DNA of 64,000 nucleotides from Squalus acanthias. Taxonomy: Eukaryota. Shown here piece by piece: positions 50,684 to 63,436 of the stretch. Below the pieces are notes generated by a model that had not been told where the DNA came from, made no database searches, and saw nothing but the letters and a program-made list of their open reading frames with translations. Location: assembly GCA_030390025.1 (NCBI GenBank), contig CM059432.1, positions 21,206,001 through 21,270,000 of the forward strand, written 5' to 3'. A program made the position numbers and the translations under genes. The stretch's first letter is position 1. Every line of letters starts with the position of its first letter.

Positions 50684-53600
50684 GGCCTAGAAATTGGGCC
50701 CCCGTAGCACCAGTTTTTCAGCTGTTCCACGACCTAATAAGACCCCAAAATGGCGGGCAAAAAGCATGTGCACACTTCCAGCCCGAAGTGCTGCAACAGA
50801 CATATTGGGTAAGGACAAACAAGAGGCGTCCTTTATCCATGCCTGAAGCAGGTTGGTGCAGGAGGGAGGGCTTTAGTTTCCTGGATCACTGGGTCTGCTT
50901 CTGGGGAAGGTGGGACCTGTACAAGTTGGACGGGTTGCACCTGAACCGGAATGGGACCAACATCCTTGCGGGGAGGTTTGCTAGTGCTGTTGGGGGGGTT
51001 TAAACTAACATGGCAGGGGGATGGGATACGGAGTGGAGCTATAGTAGTGGGTGATGCACAGCCAAATATAGAGGAAAAAACAAGTCAGCCTGGAAGGCAG
51101 AGCAAATATGTAACGGCACAAGGGAGTATGGCAAGGCTGGATGGCATTTATTTTAATGCAAGGAGTCTTGCGAGCAAGGCAGATGAATTGAAGGAGTTGA
51201 TGAACACATGGGAGTATGATATTGTTGCTATCACAGAGACATGGTTGAGGGAGGGGCAGGACTGGCAGCTCAATATTCTGGGGTATAGAATCTTCAGGCG
51301 AGACAGAGGGGGGTGTAAAAGAGGAGGGGTGTCGCAATATTAATCAAGGAGTCAATTACTGCTGTAAGGAGGGATGATATCTTAGCAGGTTCCTTTAATG
51401 AGGCCATATGGGTGGAACTTAAAAACATAAAGGGAGCAAACACTTGGCTGGGAGTGTACTATAGGCGCCCAAACAGTCAGGGGGAGATAGAGGAACAGAT
51501 ATGTAGGCAAATCTCAGATGTGTAGAAATAATAGGGTAATAATAGTAGGGGATTTCAACTTCCCCATTATTAACTGGGATAGTCAGAGTGTGAAAGGCTT
51601 AGAGGGTGCGAAATTCTTAAAGTGCATCCAGGAGAGCTTTTTGAGCCAGCATGTAGAAAGTCCTACAAGAGAGGGGGCGGTACTGGACCTAATTCTAGGG
51701 AATGTAGCCGGGCAAGTGGTAGAAGTGGCAGCAGGAGAGCATTTTGGTGACAGTGACCATAATTCGGTGAGATTTACGGTAGTCATGGAAAAGGACAAAG
51801 ATGGACCGGAAATAAAGGTTCTAAATTGGGGGAAGGCCGATTTTAATATGATAAGGCAGGATCTGGCCAAAGTGGACTGGGATCAGCTACTTGTAGGAAA
51901 ATCCACATCAGAGCATTAGGAGTCTTTCAGAAAGGAAATAGAGAGAGTACAATGCCAACATGTTCCCGTAAAGGTCAAGGGTGGGACCAACAAACCCAGG
52001 GAACCCTGGATGTCAAGGGATATACAAGAATGGATTAGGAAAAAAAGGGAGGCTTTTGGCAGATACAAAGGACTAAAAACAGTGGAAGCCCTAGAGGAGT
52101 ATAGAAAGTGCAGGGGGGTACTTAAAAAAGAAATTAGGAGATCGAAGAGGGGGCATGAAAACACACTGGCGGGCAAAATAAAGGAAAATCCCAAGGTGTT
52201 TTATAAGTATATTAAGGGCAAGAGGATAACCAGGGAAAGAGTAGGGCCCATTAGGGACCAAAGTAACAATCTGTGTGTAAAGCCGGAAGATGTAGGGTGA
52301 GGTTTTAAATGAATATTTTGCATCTGTGTTCACTATGGAGAAGGGTGATGTAGGCATAGAAATCAGGCAGGGGGATTGTGATATACTTGAACAAATTAGT
52401 ATTGAGAGGGAGGAGGTACTAGCGGTTTTAGCGGGCTTAAAACTGGATAAATCCCCAGGCCCTGACGGGATGTATCCCAGGCTGCAGTGTGAGGCAAGGG
52501 AGGAGATTGCAGGGGCTCTGACACAAATTTTCAGAACCTCTCTGGCCACAGGGGAGGTGCCAGAGGACTGGAGGACAGCTAACGTAGTACCATTATTCAA
52601 GAAGGGTAGTAGGGATAAACCAGGGAATTACAGGCCAGTGAGCCTAACATCAGTGGTAGGGAAATTATTGGAAAAAATTATGAGTGACAGAATTAGTCTC
52701 CACTTGGAGAGGCAGGGATTAATCAGGGATAGTCAGCATGGCTTTGTCAGGGGGAGATCATGTCCGACCAATTTGATTGAATTTTTCGAGGGGGTGACTA
52801 GGTGTGTGGATGAGGGTAGTGCAGTTGATGTAGTCTACATGGACTTCAGTAAGGCTTTTGACAAAGTCCCACATGGGAGACTGATCAAGAAGATAACAGC
52901 CCATGGGATCCAGGGCAATTTGGCACATTGGATCCAAAACTGGCTTAGTGGCAGGAGGCAGAGGGTGATGGTCGAAGGTTGTTTTTGTGACTGGAAGCCT
53001 GTGTCCAGTGGTGTACCGCAGGGATCGGTGCTGGGTCCTTTGCTGTTTGTAGTGTACATTAATGATTTAGATATGAATGTAGGAGGTATGATCAGGAAGT
53101 TCGCAGATGACACGAAAATTGGTGGAGTGGTAAATAGCGAGGAGGGAAGCCTCAGGCTACAGGACGATATAGACGGGCTGGTTAGATGGGCAGAACAGTG
53201 GCAAATGGAATTTAACCCTGAAAAGTGTGAGGTGATGCATTTTGAGAGGACTAACAAGGCAAGGGAATACACAATGAATGGTAGGACCCTAGGAAGGACA
53301 AAGGATCAGAGGGACCTTGTTGTGCATGTACATAGATCCCTGAAGGCAGCAGGACAGGTAGATCAGGTGGTTAAAAAGGCATATGGGATACTTGCCTTCA
53401 TTAGCCGAGGCATAGAATATAAGAGTAGGGAGGTTATGATGGAGCTGTACAAAACGCTAGTTAGGCCACAGTTGTAATACTGTGTGCAGTTCTGGTCGCC
53501 ACACTATAGGAAGGATGTGATTGCATTGGAGAGGGTGCAGAGGAGATTCACCAGGATGTTACCTGGGCTGCAGCGCTTCAGCTATGAAGAGAGACTGGAC

Positions 53601-54589
53601 AGGCTGGGGTTGTTTTCCTTAGAGCAGAGAAGGCTGAGGTGGGACCTGATTGAGGTGTACAAAATTATGAGGGGCATAGATAGGGTAGATAGAAAGGAAC
53701 TTTTCCCCTTAGTAGAGGGGTCAATAACCAGGGAGCATAGTTTCAAGGTAAGGGGCAGGAGGTTTAGAGGGGATTTGAGGAAAAACTTTTTCACCCAGAG
53801 GGTGTTTGGAATCTGGAACTCACTGCCTAAAAGGATGGTAGAGGCAGGAACCCTCACAATATTCAAGAAGCATTTAGATGAGCACTTGAAACGCCATAGC
53901 ATACAAGGCTACGGACCAAGTGCTGGAAAATGGGATTAGAATAGATAGGGCTTGATGGCCGGCGCAGACACGATGGGCCGAAGGGCCTCTTTCTGTGCTG
54001 TATAACTCTATGACTCTATGACTATGACAAGTGTTAGGCCGTCTGAATATGCAAATAAGGGGCCTAACGCCCGCTTGAAGTCTCTGCTTCAACATTGGTT
54101 TTGCCTGAGTGAAATTTGAGGAAACCAGCCCAACTGAACGCTTGCCAACCAAGAAGGTAAGTAACTTACCTGAATGTGGAGCCAGGAAGAGCAGGTGTGT
54201 TCCTCCCGACCCCACATTTAATGACCCGATCAGCGCTCACCTCTCCTTCCCACCTCGCCGCTTCTCCTGACCCTCGATTCTACCCACCCGGCCTTGACAC
54301 CTGATCGCCCTTCGCCACCTGCCCCGACCCCCAGTCGCAGATTCCCGGCCCTGATCCCCCCCACCCCCGATCGCGGACTCCAGTCCCCCCGACCCATCCC
54401 GTGGCCCCGACCCGACCTGTGGACCCACTTACCCGAGGGCCGTTGCGACATTAGCCGCAGCCTGATTTTTCTTCTCACTTCCGCCGGCAGGCTGTTGTGG
54501 CGCGCCAGCTCTGCGACATCCAATACTTTGAGAGTGTCGGACCTCACCCTCCGCCCGCCTAAAAATGGGCGCTGCCGAATTTCTAGGCC
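50684..54589. mobile_element. Harbinger MITE split by a 3.2-kb CR1
   Basis: TIRs ggcctagaaatt / aatttctaggcc (12/12); flanks ata/gta. Confidence 0.8.
50850..54027 (+). mobile_element. CR1 LINE, 5'-truncated within ORF1; APE endonuclease plus RT with stops and frameshifts
   Basis: ORF1 esterase end (WCRREGFSFLDHW...DGLHLN); YFNARS, ITETWL, GDFN, SDHN; RT with FADD; tail (tatgactc)n. Confidence 0.97.
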
Positions 54590-55159
54590 GTATATTATGT
54601 TCTTACTTTTATGCAATACTTTGGTTTTATATTGCTATTATTTCTAGATAAATAGAAAACTTAGGGCAGTTTCGGAAGCAGAGGTGCTGAGTTCGATGAT
54701 AGGTACGAGTTCTCTGCGGCATAGGCCTAAGAACTGGGAGAGGCAAAACTGAGGCATTCCAACATCACCACTCGACACAAAAACTGGTCACAATAGCCTC
54801 GATTTTAACTCGGGCGGGAATCGGGCGGGTAGGAGTCGAAGAGGGCGGCAAACCCCTGCACCTCATCTGCATACCCCCCAACTAGTTTCCTGCCCAAACT
54901 CGCTAGGAAGCGGCAGCTGGGTGGAGGGCGGCATGAGGCTATTTGTCTATCGGCAAAAAATTTTACCAATACGAATTAATAATATATAAATAATAGTTTG
55001 GTCTATTGTGATCGAGTCCTGATTTTTATACATCAAAGCCAAACTTGCACCATCAGTCTTAAGGCGCCAAGGGACGTGGAGATGAGGGCATCGGGGCACT
55101 TTTGACAGTGAGTGTATACAAAATAGGAAGAGGGAGGTGTTTAAAATGTTGTCATGGTG

Positions 55160-58100
55160 CACATAGGCATCAACGATATAGGTAAAAAACGGGATGAGGT
55201 CCTAAAAGCAGAATATAGGTAGTTAGGAGGTAAATTAAAAAAGAGGACCTCAAAGGTAGTAATCTCAGGATTGCTACCAGTGCCACGTGCTAGTCAGAGT
55301 AGAAATAGGAGGATATTTCAAATGAATACGTGGCTAGAGGAATGGTGCAAGGGGGAGGGATTCAAATTCCTTGGACATTGGAACCGGTTCTGGGGGAGGT
55401 GGGACCAGTACAAACGGGACGGTCTGCACCTGGGCAGGGCTGGGACCGATGTCCTAGGGGGAGTGTTTGCTAGTGCTGTTGGGGAGGGTTTAAACTAAAG
55501 TGGCAGGGGGTTGGGAACCTGAGCAGGGAGACAGAGGAAAGGGAAATAAGGATAAAAGCTAAAGACAGGAAGGAGAAAAACAAAAGTAGAAGGCAAAGAA
55601 CTCAACGGTTTAAATCAAACATGGTCACAGTAAATAATAATTCATATAGGTCTGAGAGCGTTAAAAAAACAAGCCTGAAGGCTTTGTGTCTTAATGCAAG
55701 GAGCATTCGGAACAAGGTGGATGAATTAGCTGCGCAAATAGAGGTAAATGAATACGATTTGATTGGGATTACAGAAACATGGCTCCAGGGTGGCCAAGGC
55801 TGGGAACTCAACATCCAGGGTTATTCAATATTTAGGAAAGATAGGCAAAAAAGAAAGGGAGGTGGGGTAGCATTGCTGGTTAAAGAGGAGATTAACACAA
55901 TTGAAAGGAAGGATATTAGCTCTGATGATGCGGAATCTGTATGGGTAGAACTGAGAAATAACAAGGGGCAGAAAACGTTAGTGGGAGTGGTATATAGACC
56001 TCCAAACAGTAATACGGAGGTTGGGGACGGCATTAAAAGGGAAATTAGAGAAGTATGCAGTAAGGGCACAGCAGTCATCATGGGTGACTTTAATTAACAT
56101 ATAGATTGGGCTAACCAAATTAGTAAAAATACTGTGGAGGAGGAATTCCTAGAATGTTTACGAGATGGTTTTCTGGAACAATATGTCGAGGAACCAACCA
56201 GAGATCAGGCCATCTTAGACTGGGTATTATGCAACGAGAAAGGATTAATTAGCAATCTTGTTGTACGAGGCCCCTTGGGTCAGAGTGATCATAATATGAT
56301 AGAATTCTTCATTAGGATGGAGAGTGAAGTAGTTGAATCAGAGACTAGGGTCCTGAATTTAAATAAAGGAAACTACGATGGTATGAGGCGCGAATTGGGT
56401 AGGATTGATTGGGGAATGTCACTGAAGGGGTTGACGGTGGATAGGCAATGGCAAACATTCAAAGACTGCATGGATGAACTACAGAATTTGTACATCCCAG
56501 TGTGGCATAAGAATAAAACAAAAAGGGTGACTCAACCGTGGCTAACAAGGGAAATTAGGGATAGCATAAGATCCAAGGAGAGGGCATATAAATTGGCCAG
56601 AAAAAGCGGTAGCCCTGAGGATTGGGAGCAGTTTAGGATTCAACAAAGGAGGACAAAGGGATTAATTAAGAAGGGGAAAATAGAATATGAAAGTAAGCTT
56701 GCTGGGAACATAAAAACTGACTGTAAGAGCTTTTATAGATATGTGAAGAGAAAAAGATTAGTGAAATCAAGTATAGGTCCCTTGCAGTCAGAAGCGGGGG
56801 AAGTTATAATGGGGAACAAAGAAATGGCAGCCCAATTAAATGCATATTTTGGTTCTGTCTTCACAAAGGAGGACACAAATAACCTCCCAGAGATGTTGGA
56901 GAACATACGGTCTGATGAAAGGGAGGAACTGAAAGAAATCAGTATTTGAAGGGAAATGGTGTTCGGGAAATTGATGTTTTTAAAGGCTGATAAATCCCCA
57001 GGGCCTGATAATCTACATCCTAGGGTACTTAAGGAAGTGGCCCTAGAAATAGTAGATGCATTGCTGATCATCTTCCAACATTCGATGGAATCTGGAACTG
57101 TACCCATGGATTGGAGGGTAGCTAATGTTACCCCACTATTCAAAAAGGGTGGTAGAGAGAAAGCGGGGAATTACAGACCGGTAAGCCTGACATTGGTAGT
57201 GGGGAAAATGCTAGAGTCCATTATAAAGGATGTAATAGCTGAGCATTTGAAAAACAGTGACAGGATCGGACAAAGTCAACATGGATTTAGAAAAGGTAAA
57301 TCGTGCTTGACTAATCTACTGGAATTTTTTGAGGATGTAACTGGGAAAATAGATAAGGGAGAACCAGTAGATGTGGTGTATTTGGACTTTCAAAAGGCTT
57401 TCGATAAGGTCCCGCATAAGAGATTAGCGGGTAAAGTTAAGGCACATGGGATTGGGGGCAAGGTATTGACTTGGATAGAGAACTGGTTGGCGGACAGAAA
57501 GCAGAGAGTAGGAATTAATGGGTCTTTTTCCGAGTGGCAAGCAGTGACTAGTGGGGTACCGCAGGGATCGGTCCTTGGACCCCAGCTATTCACAATATAC
57601 ATTAATGATCTAGATAAGGGAATTAAATGTAATATCTCCAAGTTTGCAGATGACACAAAGCTGGGTGGGAGTGTGTGCAGCGAGGAGGATAGCGAGAAAC
57701 TCCAGGATGATCTGGACAGGTTGGGTGAGTGGGCAGAAGCGTGGCAGATGCAATATAACGTGGATAAGTGCGAGGTTATCCACTTTGGTGTCAAAAACAG
57801 AAAGGCAGACTATTATCTGAATGGCAATAGATTGGGAGAAGGGGAAGTGCAACGAGACCTGGGTGTCCTTGTGCACCAGTCACTGAAAGTAAGCATGCAG
57901 GTGCAGCAGGCGGTGAAGAAGGCAAATGGTATGTTGGCCTTCATAGCGAAAGGGTTTGAGTATAGGAACAGGGATGTCCTGCTGCAGTTGTACAGGGCCT
58001 TGGTGAGACCACACCTTGAGTACTGTGTGCAGTTTTGGTCGCCTTATCTGAGGAAGGATGTTCTTGCCATGGAAGGAGTTCAGCGAAGATTCACAAGGCT

Positions 58101-58575
58101 GATACCTGGGATGGCAGGAATGACATATGAGGAGAGATTGGGTCGATTGGGCTTATACTCACTGGAGTATAGAAGAATGAGAGGGGATCTCATCGAAACA
58201 TATAAAATTCTGACAGGTCTGGACAAACTAGACGCAGGAAGAATGTTCCCGATGGTCGGAGAGTCCAGAACCAGGGGTCATAATCTACGGATAACGGGTA
58301 AACCATTTAGGACAGAAATGAGGAAGAATTTCTTCACCCAGAGAGTGGTGAACCTGTGGAATTCTCTACCACAGAAGGTAGTTGAGGCGAAGTCATTAAA
58401 TATATTCAAGGATGAGTTAGATATATTTCTTAAAGCTAAAGGTATCAAGGGATATGGGGAGAAGGCAGGTACAGGGTACTGAGTTTAGATGATCAGCCAT
58501 GATCTCATCGAATGGCGGAGCAGGCTCGAGGGGCCGAATGGCCTACTCCTGCTCCTATCTTCTATGTTTCTATGT
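55160..58575 (+). mobile_element. CR1 LINE with ORF1 SGNH-esterase C-terminal half and a full-length ORF2 broken only by two in-frame stops
   Basis: HIGINDIG...DGLHLG; ORFs 55621-56097, 56134-56949 and 56956-58482 lie in one frame (APE plus RT, FADD); tail (ttctatgt)n. Confidence 0.97.
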
Positions 58576-58925
58576 AAAAGGATTCGATAGGGTACATACA
58601 GAGAAACTATTTCTCTGGTGGTGGATCAAGAACATGGGGACATAACCTTAAATTTAGAGCGAGGCAATTCAGGAGCGAGACAAGGAGGCCCGTTTTCACA
58701 CAAAGGGCAGTAGCAATTTGGAACTCTCTCTCCCCCAAATGGCTGTGCGTGCTGGGATAATTGGAGCTTGCAAGACTGAGATCGCTAGATTTTTGTTAGG
58801 TAAGGGTATCAAAGGATATGGAACAAAGACAGGAAAATGGGGTTGAGGTGAAGATCAACTGTGATCTAATTGAATGGCGGACCAGACGTGAGGGGCTGAA
58901 TGGCCTACTCCTATTCCTAATGTTC
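58576..58925 (+). mobile_element. Older CR1 3' fragment
   Basis: Homologous to 5510-5800; ends with a tail. Confidence 0.8.
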
Positions 58926-58951
58926 CAACCCTTTGACCGAGAGGCGTTAGT

Positions 58952-60134
58952 CTTCTTCTTCTTAGACAGTCCCTTGGAACTGAGGATGACTTGCTTCCAC
59001 GCTAAAAATGAGTTCTCAGGTGACTGATGAGTCCAATGCGGGACCTACAGTCTCTGTCACAGGTGGGGCAGACGGTGGTTGAAGGGGCGGGTGGGTGGGG
59101 TGCTTGAGTTGACATGCGCTCCTTCTGCTGTTTGCGCTTGGCTTACGCTTGCTCCCGGCGAAGAGACTCGAGGTGTTTGGCGCCTTCCCGGATGCTTCTC
59201 CTTCACCTTGTGTGGTCTTGGGCCAGGGATTCCCAGGCTTCGGTGGGGATGTTGCACTTTTTCAAGGAGGCTTTAAGCGTTTCCTCTGCCCACGTGGAGC
59301 TCTGCTGCCGTGTCGGAGCGCTGAGTAGAGCGCTTGTTTTGGGAGTCTCGTATTGGGCATGTGGACGATGTGGCCCATCCATCGGAGCTGATTGAGCGTG
59401 GTCAAAGCTTCGATGATGGGGATGTTGGCCTGAGCGACAACACTGATGTTGGTGCACCTATCCTGCCAATGCAGGATCTTGCAGAGGCTGCGTTGGTGGT
59501 ACCTCTCCAGTGCTTTGAGGTGCCTGCTGTACATGGTCCATGTCTCTGAATCATACAGGAGGGTGGGAATCACTACTGCTCTGTAGACCATGAGCTTGGT
59601 GCCGGGTTTGAGGTCCTGGTCTTCAAGCACTCTCTTCCTCAGGCGACCGAAGGCTGCACTGGCACACTGAAGGTGATGTAGGACTTCATCATCGACGTCT
59701 GCCCTTGTTGACAGTAGGCTCCCGAGGTATGGAAAGTGGTCCACGTTTTCCAAGGCCTCATTGTGGATTTTGATAGTCAGGGGGCAGTACTGTGTGGCGG
59801 GGGCAGGTTGGTAGAGGACTTTGTCTTACGGATGTTTAGTGTAAGGCCCATGCTCTCGTACGCTTCGGTGAAGGTGTTGACGATGGTTTGGAGTTCGACC
59901 TCCAAGTGTGCGCAGACGCAAGCGTGTCTGCATCTTGTAATTCGATGACAGAGGATGGGACGACCTTGGATCTGGACTGGAGGCGACGGAGGTTGAACAG
60001 TTTCCCGTTGGTCCTGTAGATTAGCTCCACTCCAGCGGGGAGCTTACTGAGGGTGAGATGGAGCATTGCAGCCAGGAAGATCGAGAAGAGCGTTGGTGCG
60101 ATGACACAGCCTTGCTTGATCCCGGTCCGTACGT
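58952..60134 (-). mobile_element. RTE-clade LINE 3' part
   Basis: GIKQGCVIAPTLFSIF, IYRTNGKLFNLRRL, VDHFPYLGS, KLMVYRAVVIPTLLY, QLRWMGH; (GAA)n tail on the minus strand. Confidence 0.93.
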
Positions 60135-60675
60135 GATCACTAGATTTTTGTTAGGTAAGGGTAACAAAGGATATGGAGTGAAGACAGGAAAATGGGGTTG
60201 AGGTGAAGATCTGCTGTGATCTAATTGAATGGTGGAGCAGGCATGAGGGGGTGACTGGCCTACTCCTATTCCTAACGTTTCAACGCTTTGACTGAGAGGG
60301 GTTAGTGCTCTGTTAAGGGCAGTACACAGAAACACGGACATTTTTTGGCACCAGCTGATTTGTTTTTAAATTTGTGTTAGCCTGGGAGCTACTGGTGCCT
60401 GAGACAGTAAAAGATGTGACTGCTGCAGACAGCTCTTCTTCAGCTTGCAGCCAAAGACCCTCACGGAGCTCAGAACAATTTCCCAGCTGTCCGTCTGTGT
60501 CTCTTCTTATAAGACCTGCTAGTCAAATCTCAGCTGCAATCACAGCAATGAAAGGATATGAAACTCATTGGAAAACACACTGGAGCCAAAGATTAAATGT
60601 AAGTGGCTCCTGCGTGGCTGTGCTGCTACCTTTAGAGCTAAAACTGAAAGCTGCTTGGCTCCAGTCAAGACTATA

Positions 60676-61260
60676 GGGTAGATTTTCCGTTCCTTTAAGG
60701 CCAGTAATATCGGCTCAATCTGGGCGGAATCGAACGAACCAGCGCGAAAGTTCGGGGAATTTTAAACAAAACTGAGTTGTACCAAAACTACTTATGTTCG
60801 AGTTGTCCGCGATCTTTTACTTTGGTTTAAGATTAAATTTGCCGGATCAGGCCACACCCACAAACTCGGCCTCGCCCCCCCCAGGTCGACATTGTGAGTT
60901 TCCGCCGATTGTGCTGGTTAGGAAAGGCTCATCAAATTGCACTCATTTTCTTAGGCGCACAGGCACGAGTAAGCAGGTTTTTAAAGTTTTTCCATATCAA
61001 AAAATGTTAAATTTACCAAGAAACTGACTAGTGTACACCAATGAAAGTAATAAATGGTTCAGTGTAGATTTTTTAAAATCATTTTCAATGATTTTAAATC
61101 AGGTTACTCACTCAGCTGGAGGATTGGACACTCTTATTAAAAATGATAAGTCAGTGATAAACCCATTTTCAACTGTATTAACAAAAATGGACCAGGTTGC
61201 CACATTTAAATACATCAATGAATACTTTTTAATGAAAAGAAAAAAAATAAACGATTATGT
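60676..61260. mobile_element. Probable MITE fragment
   Basis: TIR-like gggtagattttccg start, GC-rich then AT-rich body; right end not defined. Confidence 0.4.
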
Positions 61261-61264
61261 TCTG

Positions 61265-61760
61265 TTAGGGGTACGGTAGCATAGTGGTTACATTACTGGA
61301 CTAGTAATCCCAAGGCCTGGACTAATGATCCAGAGACATGAGCTCCAATCCCACCACGGCAGCTGGGGAATTTAAATTCAGTTAATTAAATAAATCTGGA
61401 ATAGAAAAAGCAATGGTGACCATGAAACTATAGGATTGTTGTAAAAACCCATCTGGTTCACTAATGTCCTTTAGGGAAGGAATATCCTTACCTGGTCTGG
61501 CCTATATGTGACACCAGACCCACAGCAATGTGGTTGATCTTAACTGCTCTCTGAAATGGCACCTCACCACCACCTTCTCGAGGGTAATTAGGGATGGGCA
61601 ATAAATGCTGGCCTTTACAACAGTGACTCCACTTCAAAAAGTACTTCATTGGCTGTAAAGCGCTTTGAGACATCAGGTGGTCATGAAAGGCACTATATAA
61701 ATGCAAGTCTTTCTTTCTTGCCAGTGACGCTCACATCCTGTGAATGAATAAAAAAAAAAA
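61265..61760 (+). mobile_element. tRNA-derived SINE whose tail matches the 34620-35205 LINE; an L2-type SINE tail is nested at 61617-61716
   Basis: A box tagcatagtgg; core gttcactaatgtcctttagggaagga; tail gggcaataaatgctggcctt|...|gccagtgacgctcacatcc..aataaa. Confidence 0.85.
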
Positions 61761-61847
61761 TGCTGCCCGATTGCTCTGGTTCATGGAAGGTTTAACGTTT
61801 GTGATTATGCGAATGATTTTTATCGGAAATTTGAACTGTAACTTAAC

Positions 61848-61897
61848 CTGCGCAATCTTGCGTGCTGAAGGAGTGTATGTATAACTTGTCCCATTTT
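61848..61897 (-). CDS. Putative 50-nt internal coding exon: xKWDKLYIHSFSTQDCA(G)
   Basis: Acceptor tttcttcactccctgcacctccag, donor CAG|gttaag; the phase-1 end joins exon 49841-49875 in frame. Confidence 0.5.
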
Positions 61898-62254
61898 CTG
61901 GAGGTGCAGGGAGTGAAGAAACCATACATAATCATGTATTTGTAATAAGGATGTGGACTCCATTTAATTGTATGGTTTACTTGGCCAAAAAACTACCCAG
62001 TAAGCCTGTGCATAGGCAGTAAAAACTATTACAGCTAACAAAGAGAAAAGCTTGTCCTTGAAGGCTTTACCTGTTGATTAGATCTTATGCTCCTCTTTGT
62101 GATAAGTGCCTAGGAACCACAATGGCCTATTCAGTTCATAGACTCTTCGATAAGAAAGCTATGGAACTCCAAAGTGTCCTTGATTATGTCTCTTACATTT
62201 GGTCACTGCTATTGATTGAGTTTGCTAACACTAAATCCTGTGAGTGGTTGGACC

Positions 62255-63435
62255 ACACTTAGAGTACTGACTATAGTTCTGGTCACCATATTATAAAAAG
62301 GATATAGAGGCGCTGGAAGATTTACAAGGATGATACCAGAAATGCGAGGGTTTACATATCAGGAAAGGATGAACAGGCTGGGTCTCTTTTAACATAAGAA
62401 CATAAGAAATAGGAGCAGGAGTAGGCCAATCGGCCCCTCGAGCCTGCTCCGCCATTCAATAAGATCATGGCTGATCTGATCCTAACCGCCAATCTACTAT
62501 CTACTATCACAGAACCATCTCCTGCATCTAACAGAATTGCACACACGAAATAGGAGCAGAATCAGGCTACACGGTCCCTGGGCCCGCTCCACTACCCACA
62601 GGGCCATGACCGATCCGAACCTAGACTCATGTCCAAATTCCTGCCCGCTCCCCGTAACCCTTAATGCCCTTTACTTCTAGGAAACTGTCTATTTCTGTTT
62701 TAAATTTATTTAATGATGTAGCTTCTACAGCTTTTTGTGGCAGCATATTCCATGGACCTACCACCCTCTGAGTGAAGTAGTTCCTCCTCATCTCAGTTTT
62801 GAAAGAGCAGCCCCTTATTCTAAGACTATGTCCCCTAGTTCTAGTCTCACCCGTCATCGGGAACATCCTCCCCGCATCCACCCGATCCAACCCCTTCACA
62901 ATCTTATATGTTTCAATAAGATCGCCTCTCATTCTTCTGAACTCCAATGAGTAGAGTCCCAATCTACACAACCTCTCCTCATATGACCACCCCCTCATCC
63001 CCGGGATTAACCGAGTGAACCTTTTGAAAAAAGAAGGCTGAGGGGAGACCTAATAGAGATCTTAAAATTATGAATGGTTTTGATAGAGTGGATACAGAGA
63101 GAATATTTCCACTTGTGGGGAAGAGCATAACTAGAGGCAATCAATATAAGATAGTCACCAAGAAATCCAATATGGAATTCAGAAGAAACTTCTTTACCCA
63201 GAGAGTGGTGAGAATGTGGAACTCGCTACCACAGGGATTGGTTGAAGCAAATAGTATAGATGCATTTAAGGGGAGGCTAGACAAGCATATGAGGGAGAAG
63301 GGAATAGTGGGTTATGCTGATAGATTTAGATGAGGAAAGACGGGAGGAGGCTTGAGTGGAGCATAAACGCCGGCATGGACTGGTTGGGCTGAATGGCCTT
63401 TTTCTGTGCCGCATATCCTATGTAATCCTATGTAT
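62255..63435 (+). mobile_element. CR1 3' fragment interrupted by an inverted CR1
   Basis: caggctgggtctctttt|...|ttttgaaaaaagaaggctgaggggagacc is continuous across 62391-63022; NFFTQRVVRMWNSLP. Confidence 0.88.
62391..63022 (-). mobile_element. CR1 3' fragment with a doubled 3' tail module
   Basis: ORF 62627-62998 is a CR1 C-terminus; two tail-like blocks at 62391-62490 and 62545-62625. Confidence 0.88.
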
Positions 63436-63436
63436 G

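Noticed and set aside
51005..57876. Antisense ORFs over the CR1 elements
   Set aside because: They are shadow frames of RT coding sequence.
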